Below are positions 23,429 through 33,133 of a stretch of 64,000 nucleotides of DNA, piece by piece. Source of the stretch: Diplonema japonicum (taxonomy: Eukaryota; Protista; Euglenozoa: Diplonemea); contig OZ025742.1 of assembly GCA_964019335.1 (NCBI GenBank), forward strand, positions 186,001 through 250,000, in the 5' to 3' direction. The translations under genes were made by a program, and so were the position numbers. The notes under the pieces were generated by a model. That model did no database searches. It was given only the letters and a program-made list of their open reading frames with translations, and was not told the DNA's origin. Positions within the stretch are counted from its first letter, which is position 1. Every line of letters begins with the position of its first letter.

Positions 23429-24721
23429 TCAGCCGCTGAAGGAGACAGAGCGTGATGTGGTAGAGTCTCCTTTGCTGGAGGCGACGGAGCGTGTGTCATC
23501 CGTGATGACAGCCTGCTCTTCTGTGTAAGCGGAGAGGGTGCTGATGACCCAGTTGGAGGAGCCGTTGCAGAGGTCGAAGACGGCGTAGGTGATCCACTCA
23601 TGCGAGAAGGCGATGAGCAAGGACACCACCGCACAGTCAAGGATGAGAGCTGTCCAGTAAGGCAGTGCCATGGTCACTGCAGTGCGCAGCTGGATGTAGG
23701 CCTGCATGGTAGGCTGTGCCCACGTGGTCAACAAGTACAGTGCCACCAGCACGGACACCCCCCAGAAGAGAACCCCTCTCGTGAGCGTGCTCCGCGATGT
23801 CCTGTTCTTCTCCAAATGCAGCAGGCCCATCAATCTGGTGTGCAGTGCCTGTGTGTACACCTGCTCTTCCACAAGTCCTTTCATCCTCTCTCTGCTCTCA
23901 TTCACTTCCACCAACGCACGTTCCAGCCGCAGGTTCTCTTGCTCCATGACCATCAGCTTCTGCAGCACGTCGTGTTCTCTTTCTGTCGAGAACTGCAGCT
24001 TGTACTTCAACGCTTCCTCGCGTGTCTTGAGCTGCTGCAGGTACATCTCCATCCTGCCGTCACCATCGGCGCCAGAAGGGTGCGACCCGTTGGTGAGGGG
24101 CGTGATGACCTGCCGCACGTCTACGATGCTATCGTTGCCTTCGTCTTGCAGGAAGCTAGAGGCAGCGTTCGGGTTGAGGGCGCTGTTGGGAGACTGGGAG
24201 TATGAACGCTTGCGGGGCGTGGTGGGGGAACGACGGAAGCTGGAGGAGGGGTTGAGGTTCACGGGGGCAACGGTAGGCTGGTTGGCGTTGCACATGAAGG
24301 AGACACTCCCTGAGCGCAGTCTGTTCTTTGCGCCGGCCATGGCAGAAACAACCGCAGCACTCTTATCGCCCAGCACCACAGAGGACGGCTCGGGGAGGGA
24401 CTGTGAGGAGTTAGGTCCCGAGACGACTTCCTTCTCTATGCCAATGCCTTCGTGTGCTAGCATCACCGTTAGTGCACGGGCAGCTGCCATCAGCTTGTCG
24501 TTCCTGCAGTTCGGGTGCGCGTCGACGTAGGAGGTGATGATGTCTAGCCGCAAGGACGCCGACTTCAGCATTTGCTGGATGCGCCTCTCCGTCGCCTCCA
24601 CCATGTCCGGTGAGGGGATGCTGCCACTTAGCATCCTGAAACTTTCCACAAACTCATTTACCTGCGCAAGAACATTAGAACTGTTCTCCGCAGTCACTGG
24701 TGCCCACCTGCCGATAGACAT
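23429..24721 (-). CDS. Hypothetical protein with coiled coil and two C-terminal TM segments
   Basis: 430-aa ORF with hydrophobic GVLFWGVSVLVALYLL and TALILDCAVVSLLIAF segments. Confidence 0.75.
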   Translation of the reverse strand: MSIGRWAPVTAENSSNVLAQVNEFVESFRMLSGSIPSPDMVEATERRIQQMLKSASLRLDIITSYVDAHPNCRNDKLMAAARALTVMLAHEGIGIEKEVVSGPNSSQSLPEPSSVVLGDKSAAVVSAMAGAKNRLRSGSVSFMCNANQPTVAPVNLNPSSSFRRSPTTPRKRSYSQSPNSALNPNAASSFLQDEGNDSIVDVRQVITPLTNGSHPSGADGDGRMEMYLQQLKTREEALKYKLQFSTEREHDVLQKLMVMEQENLRLERALVEVNESRERMKGLVEEQVYTQALHTRLMGLLHLEKNRTSRSTLTRGVLFWGVSVLVALYLLTTWAQPTMQAYIQLRTAVTMALPYWTALILDCAVVSLLIAFSHEWITYAVFDLCNGSSNWVISTLSAYTEEQAVITDDTRSVASSKGDSTTSRSVSFSG

Positions 24722-24827
24722 CTACGGCAATCCTGAGGTGGGGTGCTTGTGCTGGGAAGAAGAAATAAAAAAAAAGAAAAATAAAATTTAGCTGTTTGGA
24801 AAAACGGTGCTTTCAAAAGGGGTGCGC

Positions 24828-24974
24828 TTACTCCCTTTTCTCCTTTGCGTATGCCTCGATGTAACTCAAAATATCCTCTGGCCTATCTTTTATCATGCTG
24901 CTGATCAAGGCATCAATCACACTAGGCACCTGCTTCATCACGAGCCACTCTCTGTCCGCTGCCTCCGTCGACAT
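24828..24974 (-). CDS. 48-aa Dpy-30/RIIa-type dimerisation-docking domain microprotein
   Basis: Own translation: MSTEAADREWLVMKQVPSVIDALISSMIKDRPEDILSYIEAYAKEKRE*, matching vPxllxxl...RPeD.l.yi. It is below the ORF-track cutoff; an upstream exon cannot be excluded. Confidence 0.6.
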   Translation of the reverse strand: MSTEAADREWLVMKQVPSVIDALISSMIKDRPEDILSYIEAYAKEKRE

Positions 24975-25595
24975 ATCTTCTTCTTTCTTCTTCTTGGCTT
25001 TTACCTATATTACAGTGTTGTGTTTGCATTCCCCTTTCCCCCCCCCCTTTTTTTTTGAAAACCAATGCACAAAATAGTAATTGGCAAGAAGCACATAAGT
25101 CTAAAAAGAAAATGGTTGGGTAAAGGCAGTTTTTTTTTTTTTTTTTCTTCTTCTTTTTGTTCTCCTCTTTTTTTTTTTTCTGTCATAAAAAGGAAAGTCA
25201 ATGACAGTGGTGACAAGCGCACGAAGAGAGAGCATTGCTTCTTTTAGTTGTTATTTCTCTTTCCCCCCCCCCTCTTTTTTTTTCTCTTTTGGAGAAAAAA
25301 AAGATGGTTTTATGAGACAATATATAAAAAAAGAGAAAATGAATAAGAAGGAGTGCTTCGCTGGTGACATGGGGTCTAAAAGAAAAAGGGGGCGGGCAAA
25401 CAAAGTAAAAGGACCCCTGAAGATCAAAAAAAAGAGAAAAGATAAAAAAGAAGAGGCCGGGGGGGGGGGGGGGATAAACATACCTCGGGCGTGAGGTAGA
25501 CTCTAACAGATCAAATAATCAAAAAAAAGGGGGGTATTATTTTTTCTTTTCTTTTTTTTTTCTTTTTCTTCTTCCTCTTCTCTATTTCCCTTCTT

Positions 25596-26734
25596 TCACC
25601 GGATCAGCAATGCGTCGCGCTTTGCAGCAGGCTTACGCTTTTTCGTGGTTTTTTTCTTCTCCTTAGGTTCCTGTTTAGGTTCTGCTTGCCCTGGAGAGGA
25701 GGCTTTGGGGGGTGTGGACTTTTGCTTCTTCGGCTTTGGCTCTTCTGCAGGGGGCTTCGTGACCTTCTTCTTGATGATAGGTTTCACAGCACCCTCAGGG
25801 GCCACTTCAACGGAACAAACAGGACATTTCTTAGACTCGGAAAGCCATTTATCGATGCAATCCAGGTGGAAGACGTGGGGGCAGGACAGATGGCGCATGA
25901 CATCACCTTCTTCAAGCTCGCACATGCACACAGCACACTTCTTGTCAAGAACATCTAAATCCTCAGAGAAGGTCATTTTGACGGTCCTCTTTTCGATCTC
26001 GCCTGGTGCCAGACCAACGTTGACCTTCCCAACAGTGTCGCACAGCTCCTGGAGCTCCTCGTAGCTCATGCTGTCAACGTCCACCTGTGGCGCCAGCACC
26101 CCCAGGCCCATCTCGCTCAGGTGTTCTTGTATCAGTGCGAATGACTGCAGGCTCGACATGCCCTGCGACTGTGCTGTCCTCAAGATGTCCATCACCCGCA
26201 TCATTCCTTGCATGTCCATCTCCTCGTCCTCCTCTGTCCCCTCCTCGCCGGAGAGCTCGCTCTCGTCTTCCATCCTCCCCCCGAATAGCTCCTCGTCGCC
26301 ACCCTCAAATCCATCCATCAGCGCCTGTTTTGTTTCGGGGTATTTTTTATTTTTTTATTTTTTTATTTTTGTTTCAATACCTGCATCCCGTCCTGCTGCT
26401 GCATGTAATACTGCTGCTGTGCAATATCCCTTAGCAGTGCTAACCGTGCCTTTTTTTTTTTTTTTTTTTTCTTCTTCTTTTTTTACCGCCTTTTATCCCC
26501 CCTTCACACCTCCAGATCATTCTCATCCGGCCTCAGATCAGCGGGGAGCGAGTTCTCCAGCTCTTCGTATTCTAGCAGCTGCAGTCGCAGCGCGTAGTTG
26601 TTGTCGTCCCCTGCCCCGTCCTCCGTCGCCTCCTCCTTCGCTGTCTCAGGCCTCTTCTCTTCCTTATCAGCTTCGGGGCTCAGCACCGACCCCAAAAGGT
26701 CTGAGGCACTTCCATTATCACCCAAACCCGCCAT
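25596..26734 (-). CDS. RING-H2 E3 ubiquitin ligase; 2 introns
   Basis: DVDSMSYEELQEL...CAVCMCE...LSCPHVFHLDCIDKWL...CPVC. Introns 26450-26509 and 26325-26380 join three exons in frame. Confidence 0.88.
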
Positions 26735-26812
26735 GTTCCTAGGCTAGTGTGGGACAAAGTAAGTGGAAATAGGGGGGAATGGGGGGGATACAGCAACAAA
26801 GAGAGGTGTAAA

Positions 26813-29800
26813 CTATCTCTTGTTCCTGTCGCGCACACCCACCAGAGGTCGCGAGGACAGCCCTACGTACGAGCTCATGTCTTGGAGGTCTGCGATGGGT
26901 ATCTCGTTCTGCACGGGGAACCAGTAGCTCAGCTGCGTGGCAGCATTGGGAAGGTGCTTGATGGGCTGCTGTTTGGGCTTCAGCATGCTGGAGGGCATCA
27001 GGGATTCCAGACTAACACTGGAGATTACGGGCATGGCAGGGGGGAGCTTCCGCGGGCGAGGCGGGGATATCCTGTACCTGTGGCCGTTCTGGAAGGTGAT
27101 AGGACGGTCCATCTCACGCTGGTAACTAACAACTGCATTTTCGAACACTGACGCTGTCTCGGGTGCTAAGGTCATCTGCGACGTATGCGCCTGAGGCGAC
27201 GGCCTGTCCGAAAGCTGCTGCACATGCACCGGGACGGGAAGGGGGCTCTTCACGTGCAGGTCTAAGACCTTCGGTGGGTGTGTCCCGTAGCTAGTTGGCC
27301 CTGTGCCCTGCGTACCTATGCCACTTGTTCTATAAGCTGCCTCAGGTCCTGGCACTGTGCTTCCTCCTCCCATAGCTGCCACAATAGCTCCTATCTGCCC
27401 TTCTTGTGCTGCGGCTGCTGCGGCTTGCTCATCACGGACAAACGTAGAGGGCTGCATGTGCCTGTCGTGCCGGATGGCAATGACACCTTGCAGTTCTTTG
27501 GCACTGTGGCTTGTTGTTTCTTGTTCTCCAGTAACTGGGGACCCCCTCACAGTGGCTGCGGTGGTAGGCGGGTCCCTCGCGACACGGTCTGCTGCCTGAA
27601 GCGGCATGTTTACCGGATGAAAGGAAACCTGTCGCAGCTGACTCTGTGGGACGTACTCTATCTGACGTGGCTGCGATGTGCCCGCAAGTTGTGCGGGAGG
27701 CACCCTGTGCAGCACGGGGTCGGTGGGAACAGGGGCATGGACAGGTACAGGAGAATAATATGGATGCTGCGCAGCGGTTCTGTGGTTCTCCTCTATAATC
27801 GCCTTGGAGCTCTTTCGAATGATCTTCACGACGCGTTCCATGTACATCTCACGTTGCGTTAAGAGTGATGCCTTTTTTTTAGCCCACTTGTCCTCCCACT
27901 TCTTCATCCACTTCTCCATCCTGTCCCATACTGTTTCCTTCATGTTATCTTTCATCTCTTTCATGATGCGCTTCTCGATGGCCAGCGATGCCTCCGCCAC
28001 GATGGCCTTGCGAATGTCTTGCTTCTCTTCTGGAGTCATGTTGTTCAAAGCTTCTACCTCCATGCTGAGTGCCTTGTTGGCATCTAGTTCGTGTTCGTAT
28101 TTCTGCTTTGTAGTTGTATATGTCTCGATCAATGTGTTCAGATTCTTTATGATAACTTCAAAGCCCTGCTGCAGCTGTTCCTCGTTCGGCATCCGCACAG
28201 AGTCATCCACAAGTGCTGCTTGCAACATGTCTGCAATGCGTAACATGTATGACCACACGAACTCCTCTCGGTCTCTTTGGGCCATATCGTTAGAGAGAGC
28301 TGCCGCCTTCAGTTCTTCGAGCTGTGCTTCGGTTCGCTTCAGGGACAGCAGCGTCTGCGGGTCAGGCTCTACCTTCACTTCTTGCGCTGGGGGTGTCGGG
28401 GGCCTTGGTGGAGTAGGCGGCCTTGCGTCGACAGCAGCGTCTCTTTCTGCCACTGCTTGCATCAGCTCTGCGGTCTTGCGCTCTAGTAGTTGGCTGTTGT
28501 AGTCGAGCCTCTCAGTGGCTTTGTCAAGCTTGGCCTGCAGCTCTGACACTTCATTGTGCGCTGCTTTCAGCCTGCTTTCATTTTTGTTAAGCACTTGCTG
28601 TTTCTCTAGCTCAGCGCAAGTCTTTTCATGCTTGGCTTTTAGCTTCTGGTGTTCCCGCTCATGCTGTGTCACCTGTGCAGTAAGTGTGGCGATCGTCACT
28701 TCTGCTGAGGCGAGATTTTTCTTCATGATAAGAAGCTCACCTTCTGCAGCAGTGCACTTCTCCTGCATCTCTATTAAACCGTCCTGAGCCGAAAGATTCT
28801 GCCTTAGAATGGTGTCCTCCAAATTGTCGATTTTCGACTTCAGTGTCATAGCGTGCATCTTGAAAGCCATCATATCTATTTTGTTTTGGCTTGCCTGCTT
28901 CATCAGCGCTTCGTTGACAGCCTTCTCGATCTCTTTCTTGTCCTTCCTTTCATTCTCTGCGGTATCGATCATCCCTTGTTGGTTCATGGACGCGATTTTT
29001 AACACTTCGATGGTCGCCTTATAGTCCTCAATAAGGCACTCGTAGGCTTCTATCGCTTTGCGATGCTTTTCTTCGGCTTCTTCCATCTTCGATTGGTTCT
29101 CCGATACAATTGTGTTCATCTTGTTCTGGATCACATGGTTCTTGTCGCGAGTTCCTTGCAGCAAGCGGAATACCTTGTCCTCCCTCCCCTTCAGCGATTC
29201 CAGTGCTTGCTTATATTGTTCTTGATCGGTTTCTCGCACCTGCTGCAACGACCTCCTTACCATTTTTTCGTAGTTCCCTTGTTCGATGGGGCTTCTCTTG
29301 TCGGGTTTCTTGTTTTTTTTCTTCTTTATGGTTTCTTTCCCGTGTGGCTTCTTCACTCCCTTGCCGTCTTTCTTCCCTGCTGTGGCCTTCTTCTTATCCG
29401 TTTCTGTTTTCTTTTTATCGTCGTCGCTACTCCCGTCGCCTATCTTTGTCGGCATGTAAACCATGTCCTGCTGTTCTTGTTCTTTCCCCCTGTCTGCTTC
29501 CTCTTCAAGTATCGTTACGCGGTGCTTGCCCCCTTTCACTTTTTCCTGGGTTCTGTCCGTGGAACGCTCTGCTTCATTCGTGACTTCCTCCTCTTCTTCT
29601 TCTTCTTCTTCTTCTTCTTCTTCTTCTTCGAAGGACAAGTCCCTTATAATTGCCTTGGGATTGGTTGACTGCATTGCTTTCTCTTTCTCTTTCGGTCCGT
29701 GTGCGGTTGCGTCCTCTTCCTCTTCTTCTTCTTCTTCTTCGTCGCCAAAGTCGAGCTGCTTGTCATGTCCCTTTCTGAAGAGCTGTCCGAAGGCCGTTGC

Positions 29801-30031
29801 ATAACCCTTGCGGTACGACGCTTTTTCCTTCTTGAAGTCTTCGGGCTTTCGGTCTGCACCCAGAACAAGCTCCATGCACTTCTGGTCATCGCTGACAGTA
29901 CTCTCTTTGTCAGACTCTGTGCCACTCTGGCCCTGCTCCACCACTTTGCTCAGCACCGGCCCCAAGTACCGCTTCCCAGTGGGCACATTATTTGCAGTCT
30001 GCCTGGGTGACTTCAGTTGCCCCTCATCCAT
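26813..30031 (-). CDS. Large acidic, coiled-coil hypothetical protein (1072 aa)
   Basis: Uninterrupted ORF with poly-Glu tracts, coiled coil and a Pro-rich tail. Confidence 0.8.
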   Translation of the reverse strand: MDEGQLKSPRQTANNVPTGKRYLGPVLSKVVEQGQSGTESDKESTVSDDQKCMELVLGADRKPEDFKKEKASYRKGYATAFGQLFRKGHDKQLDFGDEEEEEEEEEDATAHGPKEKEKAMQSTNPKAIIRDLSFEEEEEEEEEEEEEEEVTNEAERSTDRTQEKVKGGKHRVTILEEEADRGKEQEQQDMVYMPTKIGDGSSDDDKKKTETDKKKATAGKKDGKGVKKPHGKETIKKKKNKKPDKRSPIEQGNYEKMVRRSLQQVRETDQEQYKQALESLKGREDKVFRLLQGTRDKNHVIQNKMNTIVSENQSKMEEAEEKHRKAIEAYECLIEDYKATIEVLKIASMNQQGMIDTAENERKDKKEIEKAVNEALMKQASQNKIDMMAFKMHAMTLKSKIDNLEDTILRQNLSAQDGLIEMQEKCTAAEGELLIMKKNLASAEVTIATLTAQVTQHEREHQKLKAKHEKTCAELEKQQVLNKNESRLKAAHNEVSELQAKLDKATERLDYNSQLLERKTAELMQAVAERDAAVDARPPTPPRPPTPPAQEVKVEPDPQTLLSLKRTEAQLEELKAAALSNDMAQRDREEFVWSYMLRIADMLQAALVDDSVRMPNEEQLQQGFEVIIKNLNTLIETYTTTKQKYEHELDANKALSMEVEALNNMTPEEKQDIRKAIVAEASLAIEKRIMKEMKDNMKETVWDRMEKWMKKWEDKWAKKKASLLTQREMYMERVVKIIRKSSKAIIEENHRTAAQHPYYSPVPVHAPVPTDPVLHRVPPAQLAGTSQPRQIEYVPQSQLRQVSFHPVNMPLQAADRVARDPPTTAATVRGSPVTGEQETTSHSAKELQGVIAIRHDRHMQPSTFVRDEQAAAAAAQEGQIGAIVAAMGGGSTVPGPEAAYRTSGIGTQGTGPTSYGTHPPKVLDLHVKSPLPVPVHVQQLSDRPSPQAHTSQMTLAPETASVFENAVVSYQREMDRPITFQNGHRYRISPPRPRKLPPAMPVISSVSLESLMPSSMLKPKQQPIKHLPNAATQLSYWFPVQNEIPIADLQDMSSYVGLSSRPLVGVRDRNKR

Positions 30032-30168
30032 AACATGGCACCTGGTTGTGATGGATGTGATGCTGCGTCAGGTGAAGAAACTTTGAAAAACTCTTATACA
30101 ATATACAGGTGTGTGGACAATGTCCAGGGTTTCTAACTAATGGGTTCTAAGTGAAAGCAAAGAAGTTA

Positions 30169-30549
30169 TTAACAAATGATGCAGCTTGCACGACGCTGCC
30201 GGGCTGAAAAGGCGGACGAGGATGTTGAAGAAGTAGGGGAGGAAAGGGAAGGTTTCTTGGACGTGAAGTTGATTTTACTCAGGACACAGATGGTTGCCTT
30301 GCAGACCCAACACGGCGCGTCCCACGGCAGGGCGAAGAGGTCGGAGCTGCAGCAGACATCGCGGCCATCTTCTAGAACCTTTGCTTGGTAGGCCAGCTTT
30401 CGCCTGAAGTCCTTTTCGAGTGCATCCTTCAAGCAGAACATGCACACACTTGTCTTGCAACACTTCAATACAAATATCTTCTGATACCGCAGCTTGCAAC
30501 CACCGCAGGTATATTTCTCCCCATCAGCTAGCGGGTGTACCTTCACCAT
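30169..30549 (-). CDS. Small RING-like zinc-finger protein
   Basis: CGGC...CCKTSVCMFC...CWVC cysteine spacing. Confidence 0.55.
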   Translation of the reverse strand: MVKVHPLADGEKYTCGGCKLRYQKIFVLKCCKTSVCMFCLKDALEKDFRRKLAYQAKVLEDGRDVCCSSDLFALPWDAPCWVCKATICVLSKINFTSKKPSLSSPTSSTSSSAFSARQRRASCIIC

Positions 30550-30710
30550 GTGGCGCAGTGCATCCCCGTCACCTGAGTGTGTAGATTAGCTTATCGTTGC
30601 ATCAGACGAGTATACTACAACATCAAAGGGTGGGACACAGGGTAGTGAGAGAAAGAAATAAAGGTAGGGCTTATCAACAACAGGGGGTATCTATGGTCTG
30701 GGGTGCGGCT

Positions 30711-31856
30711 CTACCCTATCCGGTGTGCCGCAGCAAGATCGATCCAGTAGTCCCTTATAAGGGTGAGGATGTTCGTCTGGACCTGTGGTGGGTGTAATGT
30801 AGTGTGTGTCAGTACCTCAGTAGGCAAATTAAGCCCTTGCATGTCCTTCCCTGTCTGCTTGTACAGCTGGGCGGCAGTCACAATATTGTTTGCAGCGAAA
30901 TCAGATGCATATTCCCTGTGGTTTTCTGCAGTCTTAGTTGATGCATACCCCAGTCCTGCTTTGTTTAGGACATCTTCAGTGGACTGAACAGCCTGCTGTG
31001 CGGGTGCCTGTGGCGTTGTTCCACGCGACTGCCGCGACAGTGAATGCTGCTGTGGTGGCATAGCAGGAGGTACCGCAGGGGTCCTTTGCGGTGTGGCGGC
31101 TCGTGGTGGTACCTCGGGTGTGTCACTTGGAACGCGCGGAGGGAAGTCAATGGGCAGCCCTGCTGCGGGCACAGGTGCACTCACGGCAGGTGAGTTCACT
31201 GGTGCGTAACTATGTTTTGCATAGCCACTACCGCTGCGTGCGTCGTAGCTACTAGCAGGCACCATAGGGCTCGACACCCTTGCGGGGAGGGGGGAATCGG
31301 GCCCTCGCCTGTGCGGTGTCCCGTTCCCGTTGAGAAGCGTAACGGCTGCTTTGGGCGACTCGAGACTGGAGGAGGAAAGCGGTGGGGGTGACACGACACC
31401 CGCCACCCGACTGTACCCACTAGGCCCGCTTCCCGAAGGTATGGAACCCGAAGGCACGGGACCTGGTGAGATCAACATCTTGTAACTATGCCTTGGGGAC
31501 ATGGCTGTTCTGGGGGGTGGGATGGAGGAGAGCGAAGGTGCAGCGGTAGGAACAGGCCTGGTTTGTACAGGGGACTGATAACGTGGGCTGCCGAGACCGA
31601 CGGCACTCATGAAATCGTGCTGTGCCCTGCTCCGCGTGAGCGCGGCCGCCTGCTTGGTATCTTTGTCGTATTCCTTTTTGTAGTTCTCCAGCAGAACCAC
31701 CGCCTTTGTAACATGCAGCGAGAGCAGCTCATCAAACTGCGACAGTACACCCCGCCACTCGATGCCTTCGTACTTTTGTGCCGCGAGAGTCTCGTGCAAG
31801 AGCCCTAGCTTCTTCGTCAGCTGTTGGATGGACTCCGGAGGTGGCACAGCCGTCAT
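30711..31856 (-). CDS. Pro/Ser-rich protein with C-terminal SAM-like domain; in-frame 33-nt intron
   Basis: VLNKAGLG...EYASDFAANNI...LYK.T.KDMQGLNL. The segment GTACTGACACACACTACATTACACCCACCACAG near 30783-30815 has the local intron signature. Confidence 0.6.
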   Translation of the reverse strand: MTAVPPPESIQQLTKKLGLLHETLAAQKYEGIEWRGVLSQFDELLSLHVTKAVVLLENYKKEYDKDTKQAAALTRSRAQHDFMSAVGLGSPRYQSPVQTRPVPTAAPSLSSIPPPRTAMSPRHSYKMLISPGPVPSGSIPSGSGPSGYSRVAGVVSPPPLSSSSLESPKAAVTLLNGNGTPHRRGPDSPLPARVSSPMVPASSYDARSGSGYAKHSYAPVNSPAVSAPVPAAGLPIDFPPRVPSDTPEVPPRAATPQRTPAVPPAMPPQQHSLSRQSRGTTPQAPAQQAVQSTEDVLNKAGLGYASTKTAENHREYASDFAANNIVTAAQLYKQTGKDMQGLNLPTEVLTHTTLHPPQVQTNILTLIRDYWIDLAAAHRIG

Positions 31857-33133
31857 CTTGACCGCCCCCTTGCTGGGTAAAATATTAAGTCGCCAGAAGA
31901 GAAGCAATAAGTTGTCATGCATGTGTGGGGTGGAAATGGAATAGAAGGTAAAACATCTTTTTCTTTTCTTTTTTTTTTTTTTTTTTTTTTTGACTCTTTC
32001 TTCTTTATTCTTTTCATTCGCTCTTATTTTTCTTTCGTTTCCTCCCTTTTCCCGCTAGGCCGTGTGTCTTATCTCAAGTGGTTGAAACTCACAATAGAAA
32101 AGTGCGCTTTTTCTTCTTTCTTTTTTTTTTTTCAGCCTTCCCTTCTTTCATCCTTTTTCCCCCCTTCGTTTCCTCGTTATCAGTCATTCTCTTTCACATT
32201 AAAAATAGAATAAATTGGGACCCTTTTATATACAGCATTACACATGGACTATGGGTCGTGTTTTGGGTGCCCTGTTGCCCCCCCCCCCCCCCCCCCGTCC
32301 CCGACTCACCATATCCCAGGTGTTTTTTTTTTTCCCTTTTTTTTCTTTTTCGCTACTTTGGTTTTCCATCAAGGTTGCAAAATAGTAGTAAGGGGAAGGG
32401 GGGGGGGGGGGGGGGGTAACCAAACAGATAAGGGGAGGGGCATGAGGCCACAGATCAGGGTGGTAGTGCAGCAGGCTTACTCCTTCCTCACCTCTCCCTT
32501 CCATCTTTTTTTGTCACCTTTGCTCTCATTCAGTAGGAGGAACACCCACGAGAGAAAGAGAGAATAGAGCGATCCAAACCTCCCCTTTCTATCTGTATTA
32601 ACACCTTGGTATTTTCTTTTTCCTTCTTTTTTTCTCTCTTCTTTCTTCTTCTTCTATCTCTTCTCTCTGGTTACAGAGGAGCATAAAGAGGGGAAAGGGG
32701 TGGGAAGAAGACGGGGGGGGGGGGGGGGGGGGGGGATTAGGGGCGAAAGGGAAATAGCAAAAAAGAAAAAAAGAAAAAGCCATTCTTTTTTTTTTCTTTT
32801 TTTCTTCTTTCTTTTTCTTTGAGTGTTTGCAAACATGAACAAGCGACCAATTCGGGGGCGTGGGGGCGTGGCCTAGTATCGTGCATTCTTTTGGCCTTTG
32901 TGAAAGGGATGGGAAAGAACAAGAAAGCAGAAAATAATTAAAGAAACACACACAAGCGCACCTTATGCGCATGGTGTAGCCTATAGCCGTTACCAGTCAT
33001 GGCGCACCCACGAAAGAGGCAGCCCCGACTGCGACAAAGAGATCCCAATCACGATACCTCTTTTTTTTTTTGCGGCCCCCTTGTCTTTTCTATTTCTTTC
33101 ATCACCCCCCCCCCCCCCCCCCCCTGTTCTTTT

